Source of the DNA: an uncultured bacterium
GTDB taxonomy: Bacteria > UBA8481
Direction of reading: 5' to 3'
NCBI GenBank assembly: GCA_964499705.1
Contig: CAZCME010000009.1
Span: forward strand, 64,001 to 128,000
Length of the DNA stretch: 64,000 nt
In this document: in pieces, positions 23,501-30,734 of the stretch
How the letters are laid out: every line of letters begins with the position of its first letter
Numbering within the stretch: position 1 is the first letter of the stretch
The notes under the pieces: generated by a model
What the model saw: the letters and a program-made list of their open reading frames with translations, nothing else
Database searches by the model: none
What the model was told of the DNA's origin: nothing
Translations under genes and position numbers: made by a program

Positions 23501-24402
23501 CGGCGGCGGATGAGCTCGGGCTGTCCCGCATCGAATACTGGCGGACCGATCCCACGGGCGACACGCTCCGGATCGGCACGGTCGAGCTCGCAAATCATCC
23601 GCCCGTGACGACGACCGATCTGACGTGGGACGTGGCCGTGGAATCCGAAGGCATCCACAAGCTCTTCGTCATCGCCTACGACCGGGGGAATAATTCGAAG
23701 CGGTCACAGTCGATCGTTCTGCAGATCGACCGGACGGTACCCGTCGTCGCGAGCGTGGAGATCCTGAATCCGGAAGGATTCGCGACGCGGACGTTCTCCT
23801 CCGGTGAAACGATCGTTCTCATCATCAGGACGGCGGAGGAAGGCGACACGATCTCCGTCGACTTCTCCCCGATCGACTCGAACTTCAAGCCCGAGAATGT
23901 CCGGATCATCCAGGCGACGGGCATGGATGCGGGACCCCAGCCGGCTCAGGGCATGGATCTCGCGCATGGGCTCGTCAATCCCGGCATCTTCCAGATCGAG
24001 TACATGATCAGCCAGGGCAATACGCGCGCGAACGGCACATACGCGATTCCCATCACCGTGACGGATTCCGCCGGGAACGTGACCGTCATCTATGCTTCAC
24101 TGACGCTCCAGACCAACAGCACGATGATCCCGTCGCCGAATCCTTATGTTCACGAGCGGCCCTTCGTCCCGAACGATCTCTCGACCGGGATCGTCTTCCG
24201 GCCGGTGGAATTCGGAGCCACGCTCGAGATTTACAACATGCAGGGCAATCTCATACGGACGCTGCCCCGCGCAAGCGCTCCGCATTTCCAGTGGGACGTC
24301 AAGGATCGGAACGGCTCCGACGTCGCCAGCGGCTACTATCTCTACATCCTCCGTAATCCGTCGGGCGCCAACGCGCGCGGCAAGATCGCGATCGTCCGAT
24401 GA
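11542..24402 (+). CDS. giant (4286 aa) secreted repeat protein: Ig-like and choice-of-anchor-X-like repeats, C-terminal T9SS/FlgD-Ig-like sorting domain
   Basis: Signal peptide (..LLCAPALA/D); recurring MFDNGTNGDxxxGDxIFS motif; C-terminus PNPY..IYNMQGNLIRTL..WDVKDRNGSDVASGYYLY..KIAIVR. Confidence 0.9.
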   Translation: MPGTRQTYLLLSLLFLPLLCAPALADDNDTFTILEPPAGSIINGTRNIRFRAVDPGTLFADTRISIDGATYVPTSLDSSHAFVTTALANGAHTVRIRAGDNVGETGYSAVTTYIVDNLGPAVSNLTVSYPAGQTMARPGQSVTFKALVRDAISPIQFVQLLVFDTFLQMFDNATNGDSLSGDSIFSLTLVIPIDSGFNGDTTWGVWAGDSAPQMQSSNSDTVFSILSMDSAGPRVLFITTTDPDTIYSNGQSVTIRIHADTDAGGDGDSDLTVTANFTSFDSTFSTSGVTVTEDGPGTYVIRYTISANNPAVNVLNAAVSIRLVDGVGYETTTTWLISLVNSVPTCSFTVPVIGSTINGTETLAFTINAIGRTIRDTAVSIDGGSYTATSGDTFIVNTLPLADGAHTFRVRFYDTGTSDTFFSDPVTFVVDNHGPSISNLSVTYPTGQTRVRPGQPVTFKALVRDALSNLDSVVLYFDTPMAMFDNGTNGDEFSGDSIFSLRWALPFDMGYTGDTTWRVVATDTGRNFQAGNSETVSATLQGDSAPPIVYYIRTTDADTIYSNGQTVTIRIYVDSDAVGDGESGLAVTANFASFDSNYTAGAVAVSEDGPGTYVIRYTISSNNVDTNRLNLAVRIRVTDGVGLSDTTIAAGDTLWIISVVNSVPTCSFTVPVIGSTINGTETLAFTINAIGRTIRDTAVSIDGGSYTATSGDTFIVNTLPLADGAHTFRVRFYDTGTSDTFFSDPVTFVVDNHGPSISNLSVTYPTGQTRVRPGQPVTFKALVRDALSNLDSVVLYFDTPMAMFDNGTNGDEFSGDSIFSLRWALPFDMGFTGDTTWRVVATDTGRNFQAGNSETVSATLQGDSAPPIVYYMLTSDPDTVYSNGQTVTIKVYIDSDAAGDGESGLAVTANFASFDSNYTAGAVAVSEDGPGTYVIRYTISANNVVANRLNLAVRIRVTDGVGLSDTTIAAGDTLWVISVVNGAPVFAFTTPAAGSTISGKGETIVFTITGAGRFFTDTRISVDGAAYATTTTGTTHLVNTVLTTGLHTFRLRAFDTSTGDTFTSDLLTLNVDVDSPRISNVSVTYPTGQARVRPGQTFTVTAQVTDVHSSIGSVSLIAFGENQPMFDNGTNGDVAAGDDIWSRALTLDPDSVSFLQTIFSGDTTFFVTALDTSSQMAVPNRDTVSSTLAIDSALPRVRYLLTTDLDTTYSNGQTVTIKLHADTDAVGDGDSGLRVTANFTSFDSNYSASGVAVTEDGPGTYVIRYTISSNNAVVNVLNAAVSIRLVDGVGYETTTTWLISLVNGAPVFAFTTPLAGSTISGKGETIVFTITGAGRFFTDTRISIDGAAYATTTTGTTHVVNTVLTTGLHTFRLRAFDTSTGDTFTSDILTLNVDVDSPRISNVSVTYPTGQTRVRPGQTFTLTAQVTDVHSSIGSVSLIAFGENQPMFDNGTNGDVSAGDDIWSRALTLDPDSVSFLQTIFSGDTTFFVTAVDTSSQMAVPNRDTVSSTLAIDSAVPRVRYLLTTDLDTIYGRGQTITIKVYADTDAVGDGDSGLKVTANFATFDSNYSASSVAVTEDGPGTYVIRYTLSTSNNIDSVLNAPVTIRLVDGVGLETTTMWLISLVNGAASFSFTAPPVASTINGSETLFFTITGLGRTITDTRISIDGNAFVTTTTGTTHVVNTLLLTDGPHTFKLRGFDTGSGDTFTSDAVIYTIDNTPPAISNLTVKYPAGQTAARPFQTATFTVQISDALSPIDSAAILLRVFGLNYTMNDAGANGDSIAGDRIYSRSITIDDDSAATGDTLFQVTAGDTRPFMRLSNLDTIASSFRVDSSTPLILAISTIDPDTIYVNGQTILIRIFVDTDAAGGGEEGLTIFSDFSRIDSQYVRGSEIVADDGRGTYTIRYTVSASNTAGVGPDSPIRITAQDGVGLSDTRTWLVTLTSVTASSPTIVTLDILDSQLGTDSARDKILNDNDTLTISARSTSFVITAIEYFVDVVDRDSQGIAAAASDGGFDSTQETAIVQLNVGVLADGLHTVYVHALDSGGTWGVFRSDTFTLDRQGPAIADVRVTYPRSGATAVKSGETVIITAQVRDFTSRVDSVAVNVSALNGQTSLRMFDDGTGGDAVANDSVFTTLAGVTIVQTGNVSCTITAQDPVRNPTIVGFTVVKDDSAPVITTITTDDADTSYRYGHTIRILLFCDTDATAPGDTGARISGDFLSIDNKFNPAGVLYTDRLDGNYTVTYTIALTSTVIDSAMSPTTVTATDAAGNSDTRIWYVRLDNGVPELPFIFSATLTDSQIGSDSARDNIINDDDTFVVVVQDTILLLRSAEYFLDVPLQNGEGATLVAVDGLYDSTTETTTAFISIASLAEGRHTFLVHAQDSELNWGRFRTETFIIDRVGPAITSIAISYPYGAKAVKAGESITVSAVIRDVTTNIDTVWIDAANLNGAIAQRLYDDGTNGDAISGDSVFTASVLVANVGTGETAVTIGANDIVRNRTILATTVVKDDLAPAYLRLSTADPDTIYRNGQTVTIRLYLDTDASGDGESGLVITPFFELLDSNYIAGSAQVSDDSRGSYTIRYTISDGNRQADSNGIAVRIRARDLPGNFTDAVWYVSLDNNAPAVTVTLTDSQAGTDSARDLIINDNDTVGILATDTTSIIGRMEYFIDAIGRDGEGTAIAAFDGGFTATSESGVVVLSVTSLAEGAHRFHAHAQDSSGLWGPHASETFLVDRVGPQITSVTITYPFGAKVVKAGESLTVTAVIRDVTTSIDTVWVDATNLNGAIAQRMYDDGTNGDVIAGDSVFTASVLVTLVGSGETAFVIGAHDIVRNRTLVPTTVVKDDLAPAFLRLSTPDPDTIYRNGQTVTLQVYLDTDASGDGESGLILTPFFILVDSNYISGSAQVSDDSRGSYTIRYTISDGNRQADSNGIPVRIRARDLPGNFADTVWYVSLDNNGPGATVRLTDSQAGTDSARDKIINDNDTLLIVATDTTSVISRIEYFIDAIGRDGEGTAAGAQDGAFNTTSETSFPVLNVAALPEGLHRFYAHAQDSSGLWGPHAEETFLVDRIGPSIANVAVSYPYGAKAVKIGESITVTATIRDVTTSIDTAWVDAVLVTGASALCLSDVGPTGAGGARDSVFTVSVLSTINGSADTFLVVGANDIVRNRTLVPAAVVKDDSPARFLTLSTSDPDTIYRNGQTITFRVNLDTDASGAGESGLTLVPDFSLVDNFFNSGAVFVSDDGSGNYTIRYTISDANTRSDSNGIRITLFAFDRSGNFDTALWFVMLDNNGPRSSLSLSDSQTGTDSARDNIVNDNDSFTLIATDSTQIVARLEYFVDVIGRDSEGIAVAAFDGSFNSSSETGVATLNISALADGLHRIYGHGMDSSGAWGAYASETFLVDRAGPVITNVTVAYPNNAPNVATGGIVTVTAQVTDQTTSVDTVWIDAPALTGLIGIRMFDDASNGDQVSGDHVYTAKITATAAVAGAITCTAAANDMVRNRSQVPFTVVRNDSAPLIRFISTTDPDTAYRNGQTIFFRVYVDTDAALPGLTGITLTADFSRIDAQFNSGSVFVSDDGAGTYSVRYHISTTNTRADVNDTIIVVRATDAATNFDTEHWPVTLDNNGPIVRTIDIEDAQFGTDRAKDKLLNDNDTVTIGAADTTTAVSAIEFFVDVIGRDSEGVHLVAVDGQFNGLVETGRATLDVASLADGFHTLHAHALDSAGLWGAYRSDTFILDRAGPRIQNVIIDRGPRQLPRDGDTITISALVTDVTTVVDTVFLICTSVSAIPQQTMLDDGANGDEAAGDHVYTTRFFLTSANFTGDTGFTIVARDIVRNTSMLTDTLNLYNQADTPTVVSVTVRDTSIIYVDGATVNLRAVVTLQGVPSSGLIVTADFSALDTTYIPGAERVSDAGGGNYDIRYTLSLNNRIPNADTINIVVSARNDIFTGTRAVSVSLRNGPGDFTAPDSVAITQPESGTSVNKSVRIRATAADELGLSRIEYWRTDPTGDTLRIGTVELANHPPVTTTDLTWDVAVESEGIHKLFVIAYDRGNNSKRSQSIVLQIDRTVPVVASVEILNPEGFATRTFSSGETIVLIIRTAEEGDTISVDFSPIDSNFKPENVRIIQATGMDAGPQPAQGMDLAHGLVNPGIFQIEYMISQGNTRANGTYAIPITVTDSAGNVTVIYASLTLQTNSTMIPSPNPYVHERPFVPNDLSTGIVFRPVEFGATLEIYNMQGNLIRTLPRASAPHFQWDVKDRNGSDVASGYYLYILRNPSGANARGKIAIVR
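12557..14476 (+). repeat. intragenic tandem duplication, period 960 nt
   Basis: 12557-13070 reads identical to 13517-14030 on line-by-line comparison; the remainder of the unit is highly similar. Confidence 0.95.
14477..16408 (+). repeat. intragenic tandem duplication, period 966 nt
   Basis: Units start tcgtgaacggagctccggtcttcgcg at 14477 and 15443; near-identical protein, mostly synonymous differences. Confidence 0.9.
17400..23070 (+). repeat. six diverged ~1 kb (~335 aa) intragenic repeats, last one partial; boundaries approximate
   Basis: Motif DSQxGTDSARDxIxNDND at about 17410, 18425, 19425, 20430, 21430 and 22440. Confidence 0.85.
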
Positions 24403-26201
24403 CGAGGCGATCGTTCCTGCCGCTCTTTCTGGCCGCTTCGCTCGCTGCGAACGCCGAGGCCAAGGAACTGACGACCGTCGCGTCGTTCCTGAAGGACGAC
24501 CGCGGAGCGCATCTCGCGGCGATGGCTGGAACCGGCACCGCGGTGAACGGCGATCTCTTCGCGGTCCTTTCGAATCCGGCGTCTCTGGCCGGGCTGAACC
24601 GGTATCAGGCCGCTTTCGAACACGACGCGATGATCCTCGACATCTCCGGCAATTTCGCCTCGATCGGCGGCCCTTACGGCGACCATTTCGCTCTTGGCCT
24701 TTCCTACAACGGCATCGATTACGGCTCCACGTTGAAGACGACGGTCGCCGATCCCTTCGGTTCGTCGAACGCGACGTTCACGGGCGCCGACCAGGCCCTC
24801 GGGCTTTCCGCGGGATACCGGATGGGGTACTACAACAACATTTACGTGGGAGCGTCGTATCGGTACTACGAACTGGAGATCGACCGCTACAATGCCTACG
24901 GACATGCGTTCGACGTCGGAGCGCAATGGGATGTCTGGCTGCGGGATGACAAGTGGTCCGGGCTGAGGCTCGGCGCGAGCATCCTGAACCTCGGGCCCAA
25001 CATCGCCTTCCGGAACACGGGCGAAAAAGTGCCGACGACATGGCGCGTCGGCGGAACATACCGCAACCGGCTGGCCGGATTCGACGTGGAAGGATCGGCG
25101 GACATTGTCGGAGGCCACGGCGAGGAAGCGCACGGGCGCCTCGGAGTCGGCGTGTCGCCGATCGACTGGCTCGTCGTGCGCGGAGGATTCAACAGCGAGC
25201 GGGATTTCGCGAGCGGATTGTCCGGAGGACTGGGCGTTCTCTGGAACGACGTGAATGTCGATTATGCTTATATCCCGTACGGAGATTTCGGAGCCCGGCA
25301 TAGAATTTCGCTCGCCTATTCCTGGGGAACGCCGCGCCAGGTGATGAGCCCGTATGCGCGCGTGGAGGCCGATCGCGCGGCTCCGCGTCGCGAACCTCGA
25401 AGATCGAAGTACGAAACGACGCTGGAGAGGGAAGGGCTGGTCCCGGGTCAGGCGCCACGGGCCGAGATCGTGGCGCCTTTGCCCGAGGTCAGGCGCTCCT
25501 CGCGCGCCGCCGCTCCCGCCCCCGCTGTCGTCGCGGAGCCGATGCCGTCCGCGCCTCCCGCGCCGGCTCCACGCGCGACGCCGCCGCCCAGGGCGGAAAC
25601 AAAGCCGGCGGAATCCGTCGTCCCGGCACAGGAAGGGCCGAAGGTCGTTCGCCGTGCCAGTGCTCCTGAGACGACATCGGGCGGCCCCGTTGTCATTCGA
25701 AAAGCCGATCCGGTGCCGCCACCGGTCATCGTGGAACAGCCGCTGGAAGAGCTTCCGCGCCGCGCCACACCATCACCCGCTCCCGCGCCGTTGCCGTCTT
25801 CGCCGATCGCTCCGGCGGTGGTCGCTCCCGTGCCTGCCCGCGCCGAATCGGCCGATGTCAAAGAACTCCTCAGGATGGCCGCGGTCATGATGGAACGGGA
25901 ACGCTATGCGGAGGCGATCGAGCAGTATCGGCGCGCCATGGCCGCCGATCCGGGCAGTCCGCGCATCCTCTATAACATGGCGACCGCGCAGTTCCTCGCG
26001 AAGAATTACAACGAAGCCCAGGCCAGCTACAGGCGCGTCATCGACCGGCAACCCGGCGACGCGGAATCCTGGTTCTACCTCGGCCTCTGCCAGTTCAAGC
26101 TCGGCGACTACGACAACGCCGTGACATCCTGGAAGCGCACCGTCGCGCTGGATCCGAATAACGAAGACGCGAGGAGCTATCTCTCTTCCCTGGGGGAGTG
26201 A
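24399..26201 (+). CDS. PorV/PorQ-like beta-barrel fused to a Pro/Ala-rich linker and C-terminal TPR domain
   Basis: A..AAMAG...NPASLA, AFDVGAQW, LGASILNLGP, VRGGF, VDYAYIPYGDFGARHRISLAYSW; then PAP-rich linker and TPRs (YNMATA.., WFYLGLCQFKLGDYDNA); ATGA-coupled to the giant gene. Confidence 0.8.
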   Translation: MTRRSFLPLFLAASLAANAEAKELTTVASFLKDDRGAHLAAMAGTGTAVNGDLFAVLSNPASLAGLNRYQAAFEHDAMILDISGNFASIGGPYGDHFALGLSYNGIDYGSTLKTTVADPFGSSNATFTGADQALGLSAGYRMGYYNNIYVGASYRYYELEIDRYNAYGHAFDVGAQWDVWLRDDKWSGLRLGASILNLGPNIAFRNTGEKVPTTWRVGGTYRNRLAGFDVEGSADIVGGHGEEAHGRLGVGVSPIDWLVVRGGFNSERDFASGLSGGLGVLWNDVNVDYAYIPYGDFGARHRISLAYSWGTPRQVMSPYARVEADRAAPRREPRRSKYETTLEREGLVPGQAPRAEIVAPLPEVRRSSRAAAPAPAVVAEPMPSAPPAPAPRATPPPRAETKPAESVVPAQEGPKVVRRASAPETTSGGPVVIRKADPVPPPVIVEQPLEELPRRATPSPAPAPLPSSPIAPAVVAPVPARAESADVKELLRMAAVMMERERYAEAIEQYRRAMAADPGSPRILYNMATAQFLAKNYNEAQASYRRVIDRQPGDAESWFYLGLCQFKLGDYDNAVTSWKRTVALDPNNEDARSYLSSLGE

Positions 26202-26204
26202 CCC

Positions 26205-27188
26205 TCAAACTTCGTTCCCGCTCTTTTCGCCCGCTACGAACGCCGCGATGTTCGCCATCGTGGTGGCCGCGATGTTATGGATCGCCTCGCGCGTGAAGAA
26301 GGCCTGGTGGCCTGTCACGATCACGTTCGGGAATGTCAGGAGCCTCATGAAGACATCATCCTGGATGACGCTGTCGGAGAGATCGTCGAAGAAAAGCTCG
26401 CTCTCTTCCTCGTAGACATCGAGGCCCAGAAAGCCGATCCGACCCGTCTTCAGAGCCCGGATCGCGGCGCGTGTGTCGATGAGCCCGCCACGGCTCGTGT
26501 TGATGATCATGACGCCGTCCTTCATTCCGGAGAGCGTCTCCTCGCCGATGAGATACCGGGTTTTCGCGTTCAGGGGACAATGGAGCGTGACGATGTCGGA
26601 TTCCGAAAAGAGCGTCGGCAGATCGCAATACCGGGCGCCGGCCGCGACGCAATCGGGATGGGGCGCGAGGTCGAAGCAGAGCACGTGGCAGCCGAAGCCC
26701 CGGAGGATGCGGGCGACGATCGCTCCGATCTGGCCAGTGCCGACGATGCCGGCCGTCTTGCCGTGCAGGTCGAACCCCATGAGGCCGTCGAGCGCGAAGT
26801 TTCCCTCCCGCACCCTGTTATACGCGCGGTGGATGCGGCGGTTCAACGCGAGCATCAGCGCGACGGCATGTTCGGCGACGGCGTGGGGCGAATAGGCGGG
26901 AACGCGCGCGACGGTCATGCCGCATTCCTTCGCCGCCGCGAGATCGACATGGTTGTAGCCGGCCGATCGGAGCGCCAGGATGCGGGTTCCTCCGGCCGCG
27001 AGCGCGCGGATCGATTCGGCGGTCGCCGCGTCATTCACGAAGATGCATGCGGCGCCGCTTCCCGCGGCCAGGAAGGCGGTCTTGGCGGTGAGCCGCTCCT
27101 CGAAGAAGAGAAGCTCATGCCTCCCGTCGGCGATCTCGCGGAAGGCCGTTTCGTCGTAGGGCTTGGAGCTGAAGAACGCGATCTTCAT
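26205..27188 (-). CDS. ldhA: D-lactate dehydrogenase (2-hydroxyacid dehydrogenase)
   Basis: MKIAFFS, RVPAYSPHAVAEH, GIVGTGQIG, INTSRGGLID, GLDVYEEE, TGHQAFFT. Confidence 0.92.
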   Translation of the reverse strand: MKIAFFSSKPYDETAFREIADGRHELLFFEERLTAKTAFLAAGSGAACIFVNDAATAESIRALAAGGTRILALRSAGYNHVDLAAAKECGMTVARVPAYSPHAVAEHAVALMLALNRRIHRAYNRVREGNFALDGLMGFDLHGKTAGIVGTGQIGAIVARILRGFGCHVLCFDLAPHPDCVAAGARYCDLPTLFSESDIVTLHCPLNAKTRYLIGEETLSGMKDGVMIINTSRGGLIDTRAAIRALKTGRIGFLGLDVYEEESELFFDDLSDSVIQDDVFMRLLTFPNVIVTGHQAFFTREAIHNIAATTMANIAAFVAGEKSGNEV

Positions 27189-27195
27189 CGGGACG

Positions 27196-28281
27196 TCAGT
27201 CACCGAAAGCCAGGCCGATGGCGCGGGCGCTGCGGATCATGCCTTCGCCCGGATCGACGATGTTGTACACCTTGATCGCATCCGCGATCGGAACCGAGGA
27301 GATCTTCGGCGTGCGGAGGCAGACCATCTCGCCGAACTTGTTCTTCATCGCCATCTCGACGGCGTGGGCTCCGAACCGGCTGCCGAGAATCCTGTCGAAG
27401 GCCGTCGGCGTTCCGCCGCGCTGGATGTGACCGAGCACGGTAGGACGCACTTCGTTCCTGATCCGGCCGCTCAATTCGTCCGCCAGCCATGCGGCAATGC
27501 CTCCGAGGCGCTTCTTTCCTCCGGACGCGGTGTAATAGAGACAGGCCTTGTCCCTCGGTCGCGCGCCTTCGGCGACGACGATGATATGAGCGGTCGCTCC
27601 GGTCGATTCCCGCAGCTTGATATGCCGGACGACCTTCTCGACCGAGAACGGGATCTCGGGAATCAGGATGATGTCGGCGCCGCCGGCGATGCCGGAGCTT
27701 AACGCGATCCAACCCGCGTTGCGTCCCATGACTTCCAGGATCATCACGCGGTCGTGGCTCTCAGCCGTGGTCGTCAGGCGGTCGAGCGCGTCCGAGGCCG
27801 TCTGGACGGCGGTGTCAAATCCGAAAGTGTAATCGGTGGCGGAGAGATCGTTGTCGATCGTCTTGGGGACTCCAATCGTGGGGAATCCCGCCTCGTGGAA
27901 TTTCTGCGCGACGGAGAGGGTTCCCTCGCCGCCGATCGTGATGAGGCAGTCGATCCTGTTGCGTTTCAACGAAGCGATGGCGGCCCGCATGATCCTGGCG
28001 CGCGCGGATTCCGGCGCATCCCGGAAGAACGGATCGAATTTCCCGGTGTTCCGGGTGCCGATGATGGTGCCTCCACGGGGAAGAATCCCCCGGACGCCCG
28101 CGAGCGAAAGAGGACTGAAACCATCCTTCATCAGAAGTCCCTCGAAGCCGTCTGTTATGCCCGTAACCTCGATCTTATGCTTCAGGATCGCGGCCTTGAC
28201 GATGCCGCGGATGACGGCGTTCAGGCCGGGAGCGTCACCTCCGGCCGTCAGAATCCCCACTCTCCGGACACGAATCTTCAT
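27196..28281 (-). CDS. pfkA: 6-phosphofructokinase (PfkA family)
   Basis: GILTAGGDAPGLNAVIR, IGGEGT, GVPKTIDNDL, EVMGRNAGW, LGHIQRGG; start placed at MKIRVRR. Confidence 0.93.
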   Translation of the reverse strand: MKIRVRRVGILTAGGDAPGLNAVIRGIVKAAILKHKIEVTGITDGFEGLLMKDGFSPLSLAGVRGILPRGGTIIGTRNTGKFDPFFRDAPESARARIMRAAIASLKRNRIDCLITIGGEGTLSVAQKFHEAGFPTIGVPKTIDNDLSATDYTFGFDTAVQTASDALDRLTTTAESHDRVMILEVMGRNAGWIALSSGIAGGADIILIPEIPFSVEKVVRHIKLRESTGATAHIIVVAEGARPRDKACLYYTASGGKKRLGGIAAWLADELSGRIRNEVRPTVLGHIQRGGTPTAFDRILGSRFGAHAVEMAMKNKFGEMVCLRTPKISSVPIADAIKVYNIVDPGEGMIRSARAIGLAFGD

Positions 28282-28379
28282 TACTCGCAGAATGGCGGAA
28301 ATATTCCGGGTGGGAAAGAGAATTCTCGGCCGGAAAATGCGCGTGTTTTCCGGTTGCGCATGGGGTAATATCGATCTCC

Positions 28380-29591
28380 ATGGCACGAACAGCAGCGGAC
28401 CTCAAGACACTGCAGCGCGAAAACATCCGGTTGCGCCGTGAAAATCTGCGGCTGAAGAATTCGCTCGAATACAAGAACAACAACATCGCTCTCCTGAATG
28501 TCATCAACTCCAACATGCGCGCCGCTCTGCGTTCCAAGGAGACCTACTACGTCATCCTGACGGCGGTGACGGCGAACGTCGGTCTCGGATTCAACCGAGG
28601 CATGCTCTTCGTCCATGATCCGGTCGCGCGGAAATACAGGGGCGTCATGGCTATCAGTCCGGACAATCGGCGCCAGATGAAACGCTTCTACGAGGAAGCG
28701 GCCGTGAAAAAATTCGATTTCTCGTTCTACATCGAGCAGTTCTACATGCAGAACCTCCAGGTCTCGAACAGGCTGAACAACCTCGTTTCCCGGGTGAGCT
28801 TCAGCGAAGACGCCGACAATATCGTCACGCGCGCGATGGAATCGGGCGCGATCACGATCCATGACAAGGCGCTCAAGAAGGATTTCCGCGGGATGGACGG
28901 CGTCCACGGCGTCCTGAAGAAGGAGTTCGTTGTCGCTCCGATCCGGACGAAGGACGAGCCGATCGGCGTCATTGTCGCCGATCATCACTTCACCAAGTCC
29001 CGGATCAACGAGGACTCCGTCCTGTCGCTCCAGACGCTCACCGAGTTCGCCTCCTCCATCATTCTCATCGCCCGCAAGTACGAGGAGACGGAAGCGCTCT
29101 CCATCGTCGACGAACTGACGAAGCTCTATAATTTCCGGTATTTCGAAAAGCAGATCCGGGACGAGGTGAACCGCGGAAAGCGCTACAACCGGACCTTCTC
29201 GATCATTCTCCTCGACATCGACTACTTCAAGAACTTCAACGACAAGAACGGACACCTGACGGGAAACAAGGCGTTGATGGACCTCTCCCAGATTCTCCGC
29301 TCCTCCATCCGCGCGGTCGACCTGCCGGCGCGGTACGGCGGAGAGGAGTTCGTGATCGTCCTGCCGGAGACCGACAAGAAAGGCGCGGAATGCATGGCGG
29401 AAAAACTTCTGGACCGCGTCCGCACATTCGAGTTCCTGGGAGGGCGGAACCAGCCCGGAAACCGCCTGACGATCTCCGGCGGCATCGCGTGCTATCCGGA
29501 GGACGGATCCGATCATGAACAGCTCCTGAAGCAGGCCGATCACATGCTCTATGTGGCGAAAGCGAACGGGAAAGACCAGATTCTCGGTTAG
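28380..29591 (+). CDS. sensor diguanylate cyclase (coiled coil + GAF + GGDEF)
   Basis: DELTKLYNFR, DIDYFKNFNDKNGHLTGN, RAVD I-site, ARYGGEEF. Confidence 0.92.
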   Translation: MARTAADLKTLQRENIRLRRENLRLKNSLEYKNNNIALLNVINSNMRAALRSKETYYVILTAVTANVGLGFNRGMLFVHDPVARKYRGVMAISPDNRRQMKRFYEEAAVKKFDFSFYIEQFYMQNLQVSNRLNNLVSRVSFSEDADNIVTRAMESGAITIHDKALKKDFRGMDGVHGVLKKEFVVAPIRTKDEPIGVIVADHHFTKSRINEDSVLSLQTLTEFASSIILIARKYEETEALSIVDELTKLYNFRYFEKQIRDEVNRGKRYNRTFSIILLDIDYFKNFNDKNGHLTGNKALMDLSQILRSSIRAVDLPARYGGEEFVIVLPETDKKGAECMAEKLLDRVRTFEFLGGRNQPGNRLTISGGIACYPEDGSDHEQLLKQADHMLYVAKANGKDQILG

Positions 29592-29612
29592 CAACGCGTA
29601 GATCCTGCCGAC

Positions 29613-30689
29613 ATGTTCGATATCATTTCAACCAGCGGCGCGGCTCGCCGCGGCCGCATTCACACGCCGCACGGAATCATCGACACGCCCGCGTTCATGC
29701 CGGTCGGCACCGTCGGCTCCGTGAAGGCGATCGACGCGACGGATCTCCTCGCCTGCGGCGCGAACGTAATGCTCTCGAACACATACCATCTCCTGCTGCG
29801 TCCGGGCCCGGAGATGCTCGCGCGCAGGGGAGGACTGCACCGGTTCATACGATCGGACCTGCCGATTCTGACGGATTCCGGCGGATTCCAGGTGATGTCG
29901 CTCTCGGAGTTCAGGACGGTGACGGACGCGGGCGTGGAATTCAGGAGCCATCTCGACGGCGGCAAGGTCTGGCTTTCTCCCGAGGAGGCGCTCCGCGTGC
30001 AGGGGCTCATCGGTTCCGACATCCAGATGGTCCTCGATGTCTGCCCTCCTCATGACGCGACCGCCGCCGACGCGCGGCGAGCGACGGAGCTTTCGCATGC
30101 ATGGGCGGAGCGGTCCGTGAGCGCGCCGAGACCGGACGGCGTTCTGCGTTTCGGAATCGCGCAGGGCGGCATGGACGCGGAACTGCGCGCGGAGTCCACC
30201 CGATTCATCGGGGGTCTCGCCTTCGACGGGCTGGCGATCGGAGGCCTCTCCGTCGGAGAACCCGAGGAGACGATGTTCGCGATGCTCGACGCGACCATGC
30301 CGCACGCGCCCGTCGCGAAACCGAGGTATCTGATGGGCGTCGGCAAGCCCTCGCAGATCGTCCATGCTGTTTCGCTCGGCGTGGACCTCTTCGACTGCGT
30401 CCTGCCGACGCGCGTGGCGAGGCATGGCACGCTCTGGGCGCGCAAGGAGATCGTCCGGATCAATCGCGCGGAGTTCACGGAGGACGAGGCTCCCGTCGAC
30501 GCGGAATGTTCCTGCCTGGCCTGCGCGCGGTATTCGCGCGCGTACCTGCGGCACCTGTATCGCGTGGAGGATCCGCTCTATTACCGCCTCGCGAGCCTTC
30601 ACAATCTCACGCACATCCTCGATCTCATGAAACGGATCCGGCGGGCGATCGAGGAAGACCGATGGGGAGAATTGTCCCGGGAGTTCTGA
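29613..30689 (+). CDS. tgt: tRNA-guanine transglycosylase
   Basis: TPAFMPVGT, NTYHL, LTDSGGFQV, RYLMGVG, DCVLPTR, Zn site CxCxxC..H. Confidence 0.97.
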   Translation: MFDIISTSGAARRGRIHTPHGIIDTPAFMPVGTVGSVKAIDATDLLACGANVMLSNTYHLLLRPGPEMLARRGGLHRFIRSDLPILTDSGGFQVMSLSEFRTVTDAGVEFRSHLDGGKVWLSPEEALRVQGLIGSDIQMVLDVCPPHDATAADARRATELSHAWAERSVSAPRPDGVLRFGIAQGGMDAELRAESTRFIGGLAFDGLAIGGLSVGEPEETMFAMLDATMPHAPVAKPRYLMGVGKPSQIVHAVSLGVDLFDCVLPTRVARHGTLWARKEIVRINRAEFTEDEAPVDAECSCLACARYSRAYLRHLYRVEDPLYYRLASLHNLTHILDLMKRIRRAIEEDRWGELSREF

Positions 30690-30734
30690 ATTAACTTTCG
30701 GTTTCCGCGTTGATCCGCGTATGATGTCCGCCTT

